This document shows positions 9,031 to 17,383 of a stretch of 64,000 bases of DNA, piece by piece. The stretch covers positions 130,866 through 194,865 of the forward strand of contig OY762210.1 of assembly GCA_963665255.1 (NCBI GenBank), read 5' to 3'. Under the pieces are notes generated by a model. It made no database searches. It saw only the letters and a list, made by a program, of their open reading frames with translations, and was not told where the DNA came from. Source of the stretch: Dehalococcoidia bacterium. GTDB taxonomy: Bacteria > Chloroflexota > Dehalococcoidia > Lucifugimonadales > UBA1123. The position numbers were made by a program, and so were the translations under genes. Each line of letters opens with the position of its first letter. Position 1 is the stretch's first letter.

Positions 9031-9032
9031 GC

Positions 9033-10358
9033 ATGTCGCCTGCCCTGATAGTCATCTACGTCTTCGTCAGTCTGGCCCTGCTCGGCACCCTGGCCCTGGC
9101 GCTGCCGTTCACTCACACCTCGGGCGGCGGAGCGCGCCACCTGTTCGTCTCAGCTTTCACCGCGACCTCTGCCATAACGGAGACCGGCCTGGCCGTAGAG
9201 GACACCACGACCTATTGGACCACCAGCGGCCAGATCGTGCTGGCGGGGATCATCTTTGTGGGTGGCCTGGGTTTCATGACCCTGGCCACCTTCGCGCTTG
9301 TCCTTCTGGGTCAGCGCATCTCACTCTCCCAGAGATTGCTGATCAGGGAGAGCTATGGAGGAGAGAACGTCGGCTTTGGCCGGGGTGGGATCGTCCGCAT
9401 GGTGATCGGGGTTGCCTCGTTCGCAGTCGCCGCACAGGTGCTGGCCTTCGTAGTACTGATCCTCAGGCTGTGGTGGGTGGACGACCTGACTCCGCATACC
9501 GCGGTCGAATCTCTCTTCAGGGCCGTCTCCGCGTTCAATAACGCCGGGTTCTCCATTGCCCCACAGGGAGGGCGCTTCAGTTCGGACTGGACCGTAATCG
9601 GCGTAACCGCCCTGATGGTCTTTCTCGGCGGAATTGGCTTCCTGGTGCTGTCGGACATAGTCACCCGTCGCAGGTTCGGACGCTTCAGCCTGACGACCAA
9701 GCTGGTCGTCGCTGCCACCGCCCTGGTCCTGCCCATCAGCATCGGCACGTTTCTCGTGCTGGAGTACAGCAATCCCGGGACACTCGGAGCTCTGCCTCTC
9801 GATCAGAAGGTTGCCACGGCAGCGTTCGAGTCCGTGAGCGCCAGGAGCGGCGGGTTCTCACTGATCGACCACTCCGAGACCGGCCATGCGACCAAGCTGT
9901 GGACGATCGGCGCGATGCTTGTGGGAGGGGCCTCAGCTTCGGCTGCGGGAGGACTCAAGATCAACACGCTGGCCGTGATGTTCATAGGAATCTGGTCAGC
10001 CATCAGGGGAAGAAGGCACGCCTCTGCATTTGGACGGGAGATATCGGAGCGGCAGGTCATGAGCGCGCTGGTGATTGGAGTAGTCGCTGTGACAGTGATC
10101 TTCGGTGTACTCGTATGCCTGAGCATCACGGACAGCGGTCTGGACTCGCTCGACCTGCTCTTCGAGGGAGTATCCGCCTTCGGCACCGTGGGACTGAGCT
10201 CGGGAGCAACCTCGCAGCTTTCGGTACTGGGACAGTGCGTACTCATGCTTACGATGCTGGTGGGAAGACTGGGGCCCCTGACCATTGGCCTGGCCATGGC
10301 CCAGGGCCCCGAGGTGGAGCAGTACCGCCTGCCGCAGGAGTACGTGGCCACGGCGTGA
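9033..10358 (+). CDS. TrkH/KtrB-family potassium uptake membrane subunit
   Basis: MSPALIVIYVFVSLALLGTLALALPFTH...FTATSAITETGL..., with repeated pore-loop motifs (SAFNNAGFS, SARSGGFS, SAFGTVGLS). I chose the ATG at 9033 because the family normally starts just before TM1. The ORF track start at 8919 would add 38 non-homologous residues over the leader. Confidence 0.85.
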   Translation: MSPALIVIYVFVSLALLGTLALALPFTHTSGGGARHLFVSAFTATSAITETGLAVEDTTTYWTTSGQIVLAGIIFVGGLGFMTLATFALVLLGQRISLSQRLLIRESYGGENVGFGRGGIVRMVIGVASFAVAAQVLAFVVLILRLWWVDDLTPHTAVESLFRAVSAFNNAGFSIAPQGGRFSSDWTVIGVTALMVFLGGIGFLVLSDIVTRRRFGRFSLTTKLVVAATALVLPISIGTFLVLEYSNPGTLGALPLDQKVATAAFESVSARSGGFSLIDHSETGHATKLWTIGAMLVGGASASAAGGLKINTLAVMFIGIWSAIRGRRHASAFGREISERQVMSALVIGVVAVTVIFGVLVCLSITDSGLDSLDLLFEGVSAFGTVGLSSGATSQLSVLGQCVLMLTMLVGRLGPLTIGLAMAQGPEVEQYRLPQEYVATA

Positions 10359-10626
10359 GGGGGGTGGGATGCCCATAGGCATCGGGCGTGCAGGGCGCTC
10401 CCTCAACCGGTATGTGACGCTCATCGACGTTGGAGACTCGCTGGTTAGTGCATCACTCTCGTCGGAGCCTAGAACAGGCGAAAACATTGTAATCAGAGTG
10501 GACCGGAATCAGAGATGACCGTCCTAGAATGGTACACAGGAGAAGTGTCAGAGACGTTCAGTGTGGCATGTTGTGAACTGCAACCACTTCCCTGTTCGTA
10601 CCCCATAGGAATGCTTGCGGCGCTAG

Positions 10627-11394
10627 ATGGTATGCTTTAGTATCGCGCCTGCTTGGGATTCAAGTGGTCAGCCAATTCTGGAGACTGAGGAGGGTAATGT
10701 GGTTGAGGAAGCGCACGACCCGGCCCCAGCCATATGGGTTCATCAGGAAAGCGCAGTAGTGGATGCCGACACCCACGATGTGTGGAGCTTTACGCCAGAG
10801 TTTCTGCTAGTGGACGGGATCGTGCCCGAAACTTGGTCGTGTCGACGAGCGAGTCGTGAACCGGCTGAGGCAGATATCGACTACGGACCCACCAATTGGC
10901 GCATGACGGAGAACCAGCTCTGGATCAGTGTTTACCCTGACGTGTCTGTCTCAGAGTGGCATAGCTTGCCGGAAGCCAGCCTCATACCCAGTTTGGCGCA
11001 ACGCTATTTGGAGCGAGTCCCATATCTCCCGTTTGAGAGAGCCTTTTTCTATTGGAATGTTTCCACCTTAAAGACCGACCAACTAAGTCGAATGGTGGAG
11101 AACATGCTTCCCAGCGATTGGCCCGAGGAATTTAAGACTTTAGCAAATCAGACTCAACCTCTGCTCCAATTCACCAGCGAAAACCACAATTTCCAGATAA
11201 CGATGCAAGACCGGGCAGTGGAACGTGAAGGCAGCACGTTCGACGATTCAATCGTCTTCAACTGCCACGCTTTTCCTTCCGCAGAGCAGCCCCTCGACAG
11301 AGCCATCACGGAGATGGGCAATTGGGCGGCGCGCTGGCGGACCTTACAACGTGCAATTCAGCATCTTACGGGAGAAATGGAGCCCAATGCCTGA
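10627..11394 (+). CDS. Hypothetical protein (island ORF A)
   Basis: 255-aa ORF with no motif I recognise. Alternative GTG start at 10699 lies behind GGAGGG. The stop overlaps the next ATG (ATGCCTGA). Confidence 0.5.
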   Translation: MVCFSIAPAWDSSGQPILETEEGNVVEEAHDPAPAIWVHQESAVVDADTHDVWSFTPEFLLVDGIVPETWSCRRASREPAEADIDYGPTNWRMTENQLWISVYPDVSVSEWHSLPEASLIPSLAQRYLERVPYLPFERAFFYWNVSTLKTDQLSRMVENMLPSDWPEEFKTLANQTQPLLQFTSENHNFQITMQDRAVEREGSTFDDSIVFNCHAFPSAEQPLDRAITEMGNWAARWRTLQRAIQHLTGEMEPNA

Positions 11395-12124
11395 GTCCCA
11401 AGTACGAGAATCGAGGCTGTTTACTCGTTCTCCGGGCGGGAGAAAGAGAGCTTCAGCTCATGCACCAAGATGGAATTTCCTCGCGACTAAACGTCTAGGG
11501 CAAGGCACTCCTCGCAACATGCCAGATCAATTGCAGGGTAGTACCTCGGAACCCCAATCCCTGATGGACATCATCGAACTGTCGCAATTGCCTCCTAACG
11601 TTGCCAGGGTTGTCGGTTCAAGAGGAGGGCATACACTCGCCGGCAGTCATATTAACGTTGAGTCTGCCAGCCTAGAATTAATTCCAGAAGTCTACGATGT
11701 CTATATTGCTCCTTCGACAGCCCCCGTGCAGGAAGCTCTTGCCAATGACTTCGAAGTCTATGCACCTGATTTACCGGATGCATTACGTGAACTCTACGAA
11801 GTCCAGAGTGAGGCCCGATCGGACGGAGGCATTGTCCCAGATGATGATGCGGTGGAGAGGGCCAAACGAGTACTCATGGCCATGTACCGGATCTCCCCCA
11901 GGCTGTACGCCGTTTACCCTATGGACGACGGGGAGATCGCCATTGACGCGGCAACGAAGTATGGAACATCCTTGGTTGTTCTATGCAATCCGGATGGAAG
12001 TGCCCAATGCTTAACCTACATTGGCGAGGAGTACCGCACGAAGGAGTATTCTGACACGGGAATCCTGCCTGATGACTTCATTCAGCAAGCACTGCTGGAC
12101 TCGAGCCCACTCACTGATTCTTGA
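11388..12124 (+). CDS. Hypothetical protein (island ORF B)
   Basis: The ORF track starts at 11225 and overlaps ORF A by 170 nt out of frame. The ATG at 11388 overlaps the ORF A stop by 7 nt and is more plausible. No recognisable motif. Confidence 0.45.
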
Positions 12125-12534
12125 TGGCGGATCCGTCAAGCGATGTCGCTACCAGTGAAGAACTGGGGCGACGTGTCTCTTCAGAAAGAAGAGCCAGAAG
12201 TGCTCGAAGTGGCAATGTGCAATGGCGGGAGTTCTTGGCCCGTGAGGGAGAGCACACCCTCTCTTTCGACAGGATAAGCATTGCTCCCTTGGCTCAGATC
12301 ACGGCTATCGCCCGCAGTCAGGGCAACCCCTTCCAGGGATGGGCAGTCATCACCGCTGATGATGCTGGAAAGAATGGACGAACAGTAGTCTCATCCCCTC
12401 TACCCGATAACCGATACCACTCGGACATTGTCCTGCCTGCTGAGGCCACTACTGACTCTGAGGTTCGCAAGCAGCACGCCACTGAGTTGAAGGCAATTAC
12501 TCATCGCTGGCAAGAACCCCACCCCGGATCTTAA
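12124..12534 (+). CDS. Hypothetical protein (island ORF C)
   Basis: ATG at 12124 overlaps the ORF B stop by 1 nt (TGATG), suggesting translational coupling. 136 aa, ...GWAVITADDAGKNGRTVVSSPLPDNRYHSDIVLP... Family not recognised. Confidence 0.5.
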   Translation: MADPSSDVATSEELGRRVSSERRARSARSGNVQWREFLAREGEHTLSFDRISIAPLAQITAIARSQGNPFQGWAVITADDAGKNGRTVVSSPLPDNRYHSDIVLPAEATTDSEVRKQHATELKAITHRWQEPHPGS

Positions 12535-12749
12535 ACGCCGCTTGTTGGTTAACGAGGCAAGATTCTCTGATGAACACCTGACGCCCGTCGACGGTAAAGA
12601 CCTCGCCAGCAAGTTCTTCACACCGGGCGCCGACTCCGCAGGCCGCACACACGAACATCTCTGACTCGTGCCCAACTAGTCAATCCACTCGTGTCACGAT
12701 CGTACATCAGGTCGACTTTAATCGTGGATGCATCCGACCGACATCCGTT

Positions 12750-12882
12750 TGTGCTGTGGATGAGTGGTGCGATGCTCGTGGGAAGACTGGGGCCCCTGAC
12801 GATCGGGCTGGCAATGGCCCATGGACCCCAACCCGGAGTGGAGCAGTATCGCCTACCTCAAGAGTACGTCGCCGCCGCGTGA
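12750..12882 (+). pseudogene. Displaced or duplicated 3' fragment of a trkH/ktrB gene
   Basis: Encodes ...AMLVGRLGPLTIGLAMAHGPQPGVEQYRLPQEYVAAA*. The intact gene ends ...TMLVGRLGPLTIGLAMAQGPEVEQYRLPQEYVATA*. Same orientation, one 3-nt indel, and no upstream transporter body. Confidence 0.65.
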
Positions 12883-12982
12883 GGCCGAGAGTTGACAATA
12901 TATATCGTATGGGTCGAACATATGCTGTATTATATGAAGTGGCCACGCCACACTCAGTAATAACAGGTATGAGAACGCTTCG

Positions 12983-13999
12983 ATGTCACTAAGGCTCACC
13001 AGTTTTCTGAAGGACAAACCAAACACTTCCGAAGTCACTCTGACCATCGACGAATACGAAGAGCGGTTCAGGACGCACAAGCGCGCTGGGATGGGAAGCG
13101 ACTTCAGGAAGTCCAGCGACCTCTACTATGACCTGGTCACTGACTTCTACGAGTACGGATGGGGGCGGTCATTTCACTTTGCCCCGCGCGTTTCTGGAGA
13201 GGGCTTCAAGGCGTCGCTTATTCGTCACGAGCGATTCCTGGCGAGTAAGCTCGGACTCGAACCCGGAATGGTCGTCGCCGATCTGGGTTGCGGGATTGGC
13301 GGGCCGCTGTTGGAGATCGCACGGTTCTCCGGCGCCAGGATCGTCGGCGTAAACAGCAACGCCTATCAGCTCGGGCGCGCCCGGAGATTTGCTGAAGAAG
13401 CGCAGATGACCCACCTGGCCGAGTTCATGCACTCCGACTTCCTGCACGTCGACGCCCCTGACGAGTCGTTCGATGCGGTCTACGCCATCGAGGCAACCTG
13501 CCATGCGCCGGATAAGCTCAGCATCTATGGCGAGGTCTTCCGCCTCCTGAAGCCGGGGGCGAGCTTCGGCAATTACGAATACTGCCTGACCGATCGCTTC
13601 GACCACAAGGACCCCGTCCACCTCAGGATCAAGGCTGATATCGAGCTGGGAGGCGGATTGCTCGAAATCGACGACCGCCAGACGGTTGATGACGCGCTTC
13701 GAACAGTCGGGTTCGATGTGTTGGAAACGCGGGATCTTACGGTGCAGACAGGCCCGTCGGTCCCCTGGTATCAGCCTCTCGTTGGTTCGGGTATCTCTTT
13801 CGCCAGCTTCCGCAGTTCACGTATCGGGCGCTGGGTCACCCACAACACGCTGAGAGTGCTGGAGGCGCTCCACATCGTCCCGCAGGGGTCGGTCCGCGTT
13901 TCGCAGAACCTGAACCTCTGTGCGATGGCCATGGTCGAGGCGGGAAGGCTCGGCATCTTCACGCCGATGTACTTCATCCACGCCCGTAAACCGGAGTAG
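12983..13999 (+). CDS. Sterol C-24 methyltransferase (ERG6/SMT family), paralogue 1
   Basis: 338 aa, collinear end-to-end with yeast Erg6 as I recall it. Region I is YYDLVTDFYEYGWGRSFHFAP, the SAM site is VADLGCGIGGP, region III is VYAIEATCHAP, followed by LKPGASF and the C-terminal GIFTPMYFIHARKPE. Confidence 0.9.
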   Translation: MSLRLTSFLKDKPNTSEVTLTIDEYEERFRTHKRAGMGSDFRKSSDLYYDLVTDFYEYGWGRSFHFAPRVSGEGFKASLIRHERFLASKLGLEPGMVVADLGCGIGGPLLEIARFSGARIVGVNSNAYQLGRARRFAEEAQMTHLAEFMHSDFLHVDAPDESFDAVYAIEATCHAPDKLSIYGEVFRLLKPGASFGNYEYCLTDRFDHKDPVHLRIKADIELGGGLLEIDDRQTVDDALRTVGFDVLETRDLTVQTGPSVPWYQPLVGSGISFASFRSSRIGRWVTHNTLRVLEALHIVPQGSVRVSQNLNLCAMAMVEAGRLGIFTPMYFIHARKPE

Positions 14000-14015
14000 C
14001 GCGGCGGTCCCGACC

Positions 14016-15131
14016 CTAACGACGAGCGGCTGTGGTCTCGAACGGGGCCGTTGAGCCTCGGAAGGTGGACTGCAACGGTGGCGGAGGGAAGCTCTCACCC
14101 TCGCTCAGGTCAGGGTAGAACTGGGCGCAGTAGTACCTGAAGGGCATGATCTTGCCGTCGGAACGGCAGAGACGGGGGCGCGATACGTACTGCTTGCGGC
14201 TCCAGATGACCACGTCCTGCAGGACGTCATCCCTCTGCTGGGCCGCCATGAACCTGTTGATCAAGGGCGCTCGCCAGCTCACAGGGAGCAGTCCCAAACC
14301 TATGATCCTCCGCTTGGGCTTGCGTATCTCCCGTGCCTGCGAGACCAGCGTGAGGTCTATGAGCTTGCCGTCGACAGGCGTCGACAGCACCCACATACGC
14401 ATGTCCATGCCGATCGAGTGCTCGCGGACCTCCACGTACGAGTAGCCCAGCCCATAAACATGGGCGTGCGCAGAGACGTCGAAGGTGAGGCTCGCGAACC
14501 TGGCGATGGTTCGGACCCTCTTGAAGTCGAATTGAGCCTCCAGCAGGTGGCCGTCCACAGACACTTCCTGGACTGGGTTCACGTTGTCGTAGCCATGCAC
14601 GTATCGCAGGTGGGCCATGTCCACCGAGTTCTCGGTCGTCTCCTGAGGGTGGCCCGGAAAGCGGAGGGTGTTGACCTTGAAGTCGCACCATCCGACCTGG
14701 TCAGGCGACTTTTCGGGCAGACGCCACTGCGGCTCCCGTCCGCCTATTCCCCACCAGGCGAAGATCAGCCCGTTGATTTCGTGTGTCTCGAAGACGCGCA
14801 GCTTCGCGGTCCTTGGCGCCTCGGCGTAGGGAGTGGCGACGCACTGGCCGGTCGTGTCGAACTCGTACCCGTGGAATGGGCAGATAAGCAGGCCGTCGCG
14901 TACGCAGCCACCTGCCTCGGGTCCGAGGTCGGAGCCAAGGTGCGGGCAGACCGACTCGGCTACGCAGACATGTCCGTTCCGGTCACACCAGATGACGACG
15001 TTCACGCCCATCCAGGTCTTCTGGACGAGCCCGGACTTCAGTACGGCCTGGCGGGTCGCGATGAAGTACCAACCCTCGGGAAATGGGGAGGGCAACGGAA
15101 CATTAGCGGGCCCACTGCGCTGGGTTACCAT
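14016..15131 (-). CDS. Rieske [2Fe-2S] non-heme iron oxygenase, KshA / cholesterol-7-desaturase (Neverland)-like
   Basis: 371 aa. Rieske motif CPHLGSDL...(17)...CPFHGYEF. Mononuclear iron motif ENSVDMAHLRYVH (DxxHxxxxH). The C-terminal ...DGKIMPFRYYCAQFY resembles the KshA/Neverland-type tail. Confidence 0.85.
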   Translation of the reverse strand: MVTQRSGPANVPLPSPFPEGWYFIATRQAVLKSGLVQKTWMGVNVVIWCDRNGHVCVAESVCPHLGSDLGPEAGGCVRDGLLICPFHGYEFDTTGQCVATPYAEAPRTAKLRVFETHEINGLIFAWWGIGGREPQWRLPEKSPDQVGWCDFKVNTLRFPGHPQETTENSVDMAHLRYVHGYDNVNPVQEVSVDGHLLEAQFDFKRVRTIARFASLTFDVSAHAHVYGLGYSYVEVREHSIGMDMRMWVLSTPVDGKLIDLTLVSQAREIRKPKRRIIGLGLLPVSWRAPLINRFMAAQQRDDVLQDVVIWSRKQYVSRPRLCRSDGKIMPFRYYCAQFYPDLSEGESFPPPPLQSTFRGSTAPFETTAARR

Positions 15132-15184
15132 AGTTCAGCACTCCCTGTGGGTATTTTGGGATTAATCGCAACCATTTAACGCAA

Positions 15185-15214
15185 TTACACTTGTGCCTCA
15201 GTTAGCATTATAAT
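15185..15214 (+). promoter_or_regulatory. Candidate sigma70-type promoter for the P450 gene
   Basis: TTACAC (15185-15190), 18-nt spacer, TATAAT (15209-15214). It lies inside the strikingly AT-rich 184-bp divergent intergenic region, and GAGGGG precedes the ATG at 15316. Confidence 0.4.
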
Positions 15215-15315
15215 AGAAATCGTATCCTTTCCTCGCCCTGCAAACTGTGATTCATGAATATAGGTTAATTTATGTGGTATAGTTATATCATTAACGTCAA
15301 TGAGGGGCAAGGTAA

Positions 15316-17343
15316 ATGACAATCACAAAGGATGCTGTTAAGACGCAGGTGCTAAGCCTGCCTGAAGAACTCATCCTGATGCTTCTAAACGAGGAGAGCG
15401 GCTACTTTTACCAGGTACCCGGATGGGACCTGAACTGTGCCGTGGTCGGCGCCGTTCTCGCGGAACTCTCGATCGAGTCCCGCATCGACACTGACAGGGA
15501 CTCGCTGTTCGTTCTGGACGACACTGAGACGGGCAACTCCACGCTGGACCCCATCCTGAAGGAGATCGCGAGCGAGCCCGCTCAGCGCAACGCCCAGTAC
15601 TGGATCGAACGGCTCTCTCATTATGCGGAGTCGATCATCGATCAGACCCTGGACCGCCTCGTCCGCCTGAATATCCTGGAGTACCACGACGGCGATTTCT
15701 GGACGGTCGCTCCTAACGTGGAACAGACGGTACTGTTCGACGACACGGAGGAAGGGACCGGGATACAGTTCGTCAAGACGCGCATCCGCAACGAGATCTA
15801 CAACAACGAGATCCCCGACCCAAGAGACGTCATCATCATCTGTCTCATCAATACGTGCGACGTCTTTCGCTTCATGTTCAATCTCGATGAGCAGGCTGAG
15901 GAGCGCATCGAGTTCATCTGCAACATGGACCTGATAGGCCGGTCCATTGCCGCCGCGGTCTCCAACAATCTGGCCGGTCCGGTGCTTCGACACTCCCGCC
16001 TAAGCAAGAAGATTCCGACCGTCTCCCTGACGAAGATGGTGTTCAATCGGCATGTTCGCTCGGGAAACGTTCCCGCGCTCTTTGCCGACCTCGCAAAAGA
16101 GTACGGCCCGGTGTTCCAGATCCGGCCTCCGTTTGCCGCGCCCATGATCATGCTGGCCGGGCCTGATACAAACCGCTGGGTGCACCGGCGTGGACGCCTG
16201 CACCTGAGGTCCAGGGACTACTTCGCTGACTTCGAGAAGGTGTATGGCGCGTCCGGAGTATTGCCATCCCTGGATGGCGCCGATCATTTCCGGCTCCGCA
16301 AGTCACTGTCGCCGGCGTACTCTCGCGGAAGACTCATGGGTCAACTGGACCAACTCTACCATCAGACGCGGAAGTATATGGCGGACTGGGAAGTTGGAGA
16401 GTTCTATCCCGCGACGACCCTGTGCCGGCGAATGATTAACGCGCAACTCTCCGCGCTCTTTGTCAGCGTTGAATCTCAGGATATCTTTGATGATCTGACG
16501 TCGTACAAGGAACGGGCGCTCATGACTCACATCATAAAGATACTGCCCAAATTCATGCTTAAGACGCCGGGCATGAGACGCCGCGCGACCACCGTCGATG
16601 AGCTCCTCGAACGGATCCAGAGCGTACATACGCCTGCCCAGCGGGCTGACAGTCCCCGGGATCTTGCCGACGACCTTCTCAGCCTGCACGCGAGCGACCC
16701 CCAGTTTGTACCGGAGTCCAATCTGCGCTTCGCTCTTTCGGCAGCGCTGATTGCCAGTGTGTATCTTGGCGACGCGTTCAGCTTCGCCATGTATGCCATG
16801 GCATCGCAGCCAGAGATCTACGCCAGGATCCAGAGTGAAGCCGACGCGCTGTTCGACAACGGTGATCCGGATGCCATGGACTTCAACCCGGCCTCAATCG
16901 ACGTCACGCACCGCTTCCTCATGGAGTGCCTGCGTATGTACCCGATTGTTCCGATGTCTCTCCGGAACGTGATGAATTCGTGTGTGGTCGAGGGCTTTGA
17001 GTTACCGCTGGGATCACGACTTTACATTGCCCAGACAGCTTCACACTACATGGACGACGTCTTTCCCGACCCCTTCAAATTCGATATCGACCGCTATTTG
17101 CCCCCGCGCAATGAGCACCACAGTCCGGGGTACGCGCCTTACGGGCTGGGCACGCACACGTGTCTTGGCTCCCGGTGGATGGAGCTGCAGTTGGCCGTCA
17201 ATGTGCTAATGGTCGCGCACTACTTCAATATCAAGGTGTTCCCACCGAACTACAACCTGAAGTACAGACCGCTGCCGTCGATGAAGCCGAGCAAGAACCT
17301 GAAGTTCGACATAGTCGAGCAGAGGCGCGAGTTGAACGTCTGA
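15316..17343 (+). CDS. GPP34 (GOLPH3-like) domain fused to a cytochrome P450
   Basis: 675 aa. Residues ~10-230 follow the bacterial GPP34 pattern (LSLPEELILMLLNEESGYF...AVVGAVLAELSIESRI...DPRDVIIICLINTCDVFRFMF). The C-terminal ~440 aa is a P450, with ExxR (ECLRMYP), PFKFDIDRY, and the heme loop YAPYGLGTHTCLGSRWMELQ. Confidence 0.85.
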   Translation: MTITKDAVKTQVLSLPEELILMLLNEESGYFYQVPGWDLNCAVVGAVLAELSIESRIDTDRDSLFVLDDTETGNSTLDPILKEIASEPAQRNAQYWIERLSHYAESIIDQTLDRLVRLNILEYHDGDFWTVAPNVEQTVLFDDTEEGTGIQFVKTRIRNEIYNNEIPDPRDVIIICLINTCDVFRFMFNLDEQAEERIEFICNMDLIGRSIAAAVSNNLAGPVLRHSRLSKKIPTVSLTKMVFNRHVRSGNVPALFADLAKEYGPVFQIRPPFAAPMIMLAGPDTNRWVHRRGRLHLRSRDYFADFEKVYGASGVLPSLDGADHFRLRKSLSPAYSRGRLMGQLDQLYHQTRKYMADWEVGEFYPATTLCRRMINAQLSALFVSVESQDIFDDLTSYKERALMTHIIKILPKFMLKTPGMRRRATTVDELLERIQSVHTPAQRADSPRDLADDLLSLHASDPQFVPESNLRFALSAALIASVYLGDAFSFAMYAMASQPEIYARIQSEADALFDNGDPDAMDFNPASIDVTHRFLMECLRMYPIVPMSLRNVMNSCVVEGFELPLGSRLYIAQTASHYMDDVFPDPFKFDIDRYLPPRNEHHSPGYAPYGLGTHTCLGSRWMELQLAVNVLMVAHYFNIKVFPPNYNLKYRPLPSMKPSKNLKFDIVEQRRELNV

Positions 17344-17383
17344 CGCACCTTGGGATCGCCCGGCAGACTGCGAACGAGAGGAC

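Larger units (their letters stand above)
10359..12749. other. About 2.4-kb AT-richer insert carrying three unknown ORFs, bracketed by direct repeats of the trkH 3' end
   Basis: 10250-10358 and 12750-12882 are diverged direct copies of the same gene end. The sequence between them is visibly less GC-rich than its flanks. No integrase or transposase is present. Confidence 0.55.

Noticed and set aside
8919-9032. Track start of the TrkH ORF at 8919.
   Set aside because: The extra 38 residues (MEISWTPRPGDSLVRVPRQSGLEKLRFSADSVRKTRRG) are not TrkH/KtrB-like and overlap the structured leader. The ATG at 9033 is preferred, though its RBS spacing is short, so some doubt remains.
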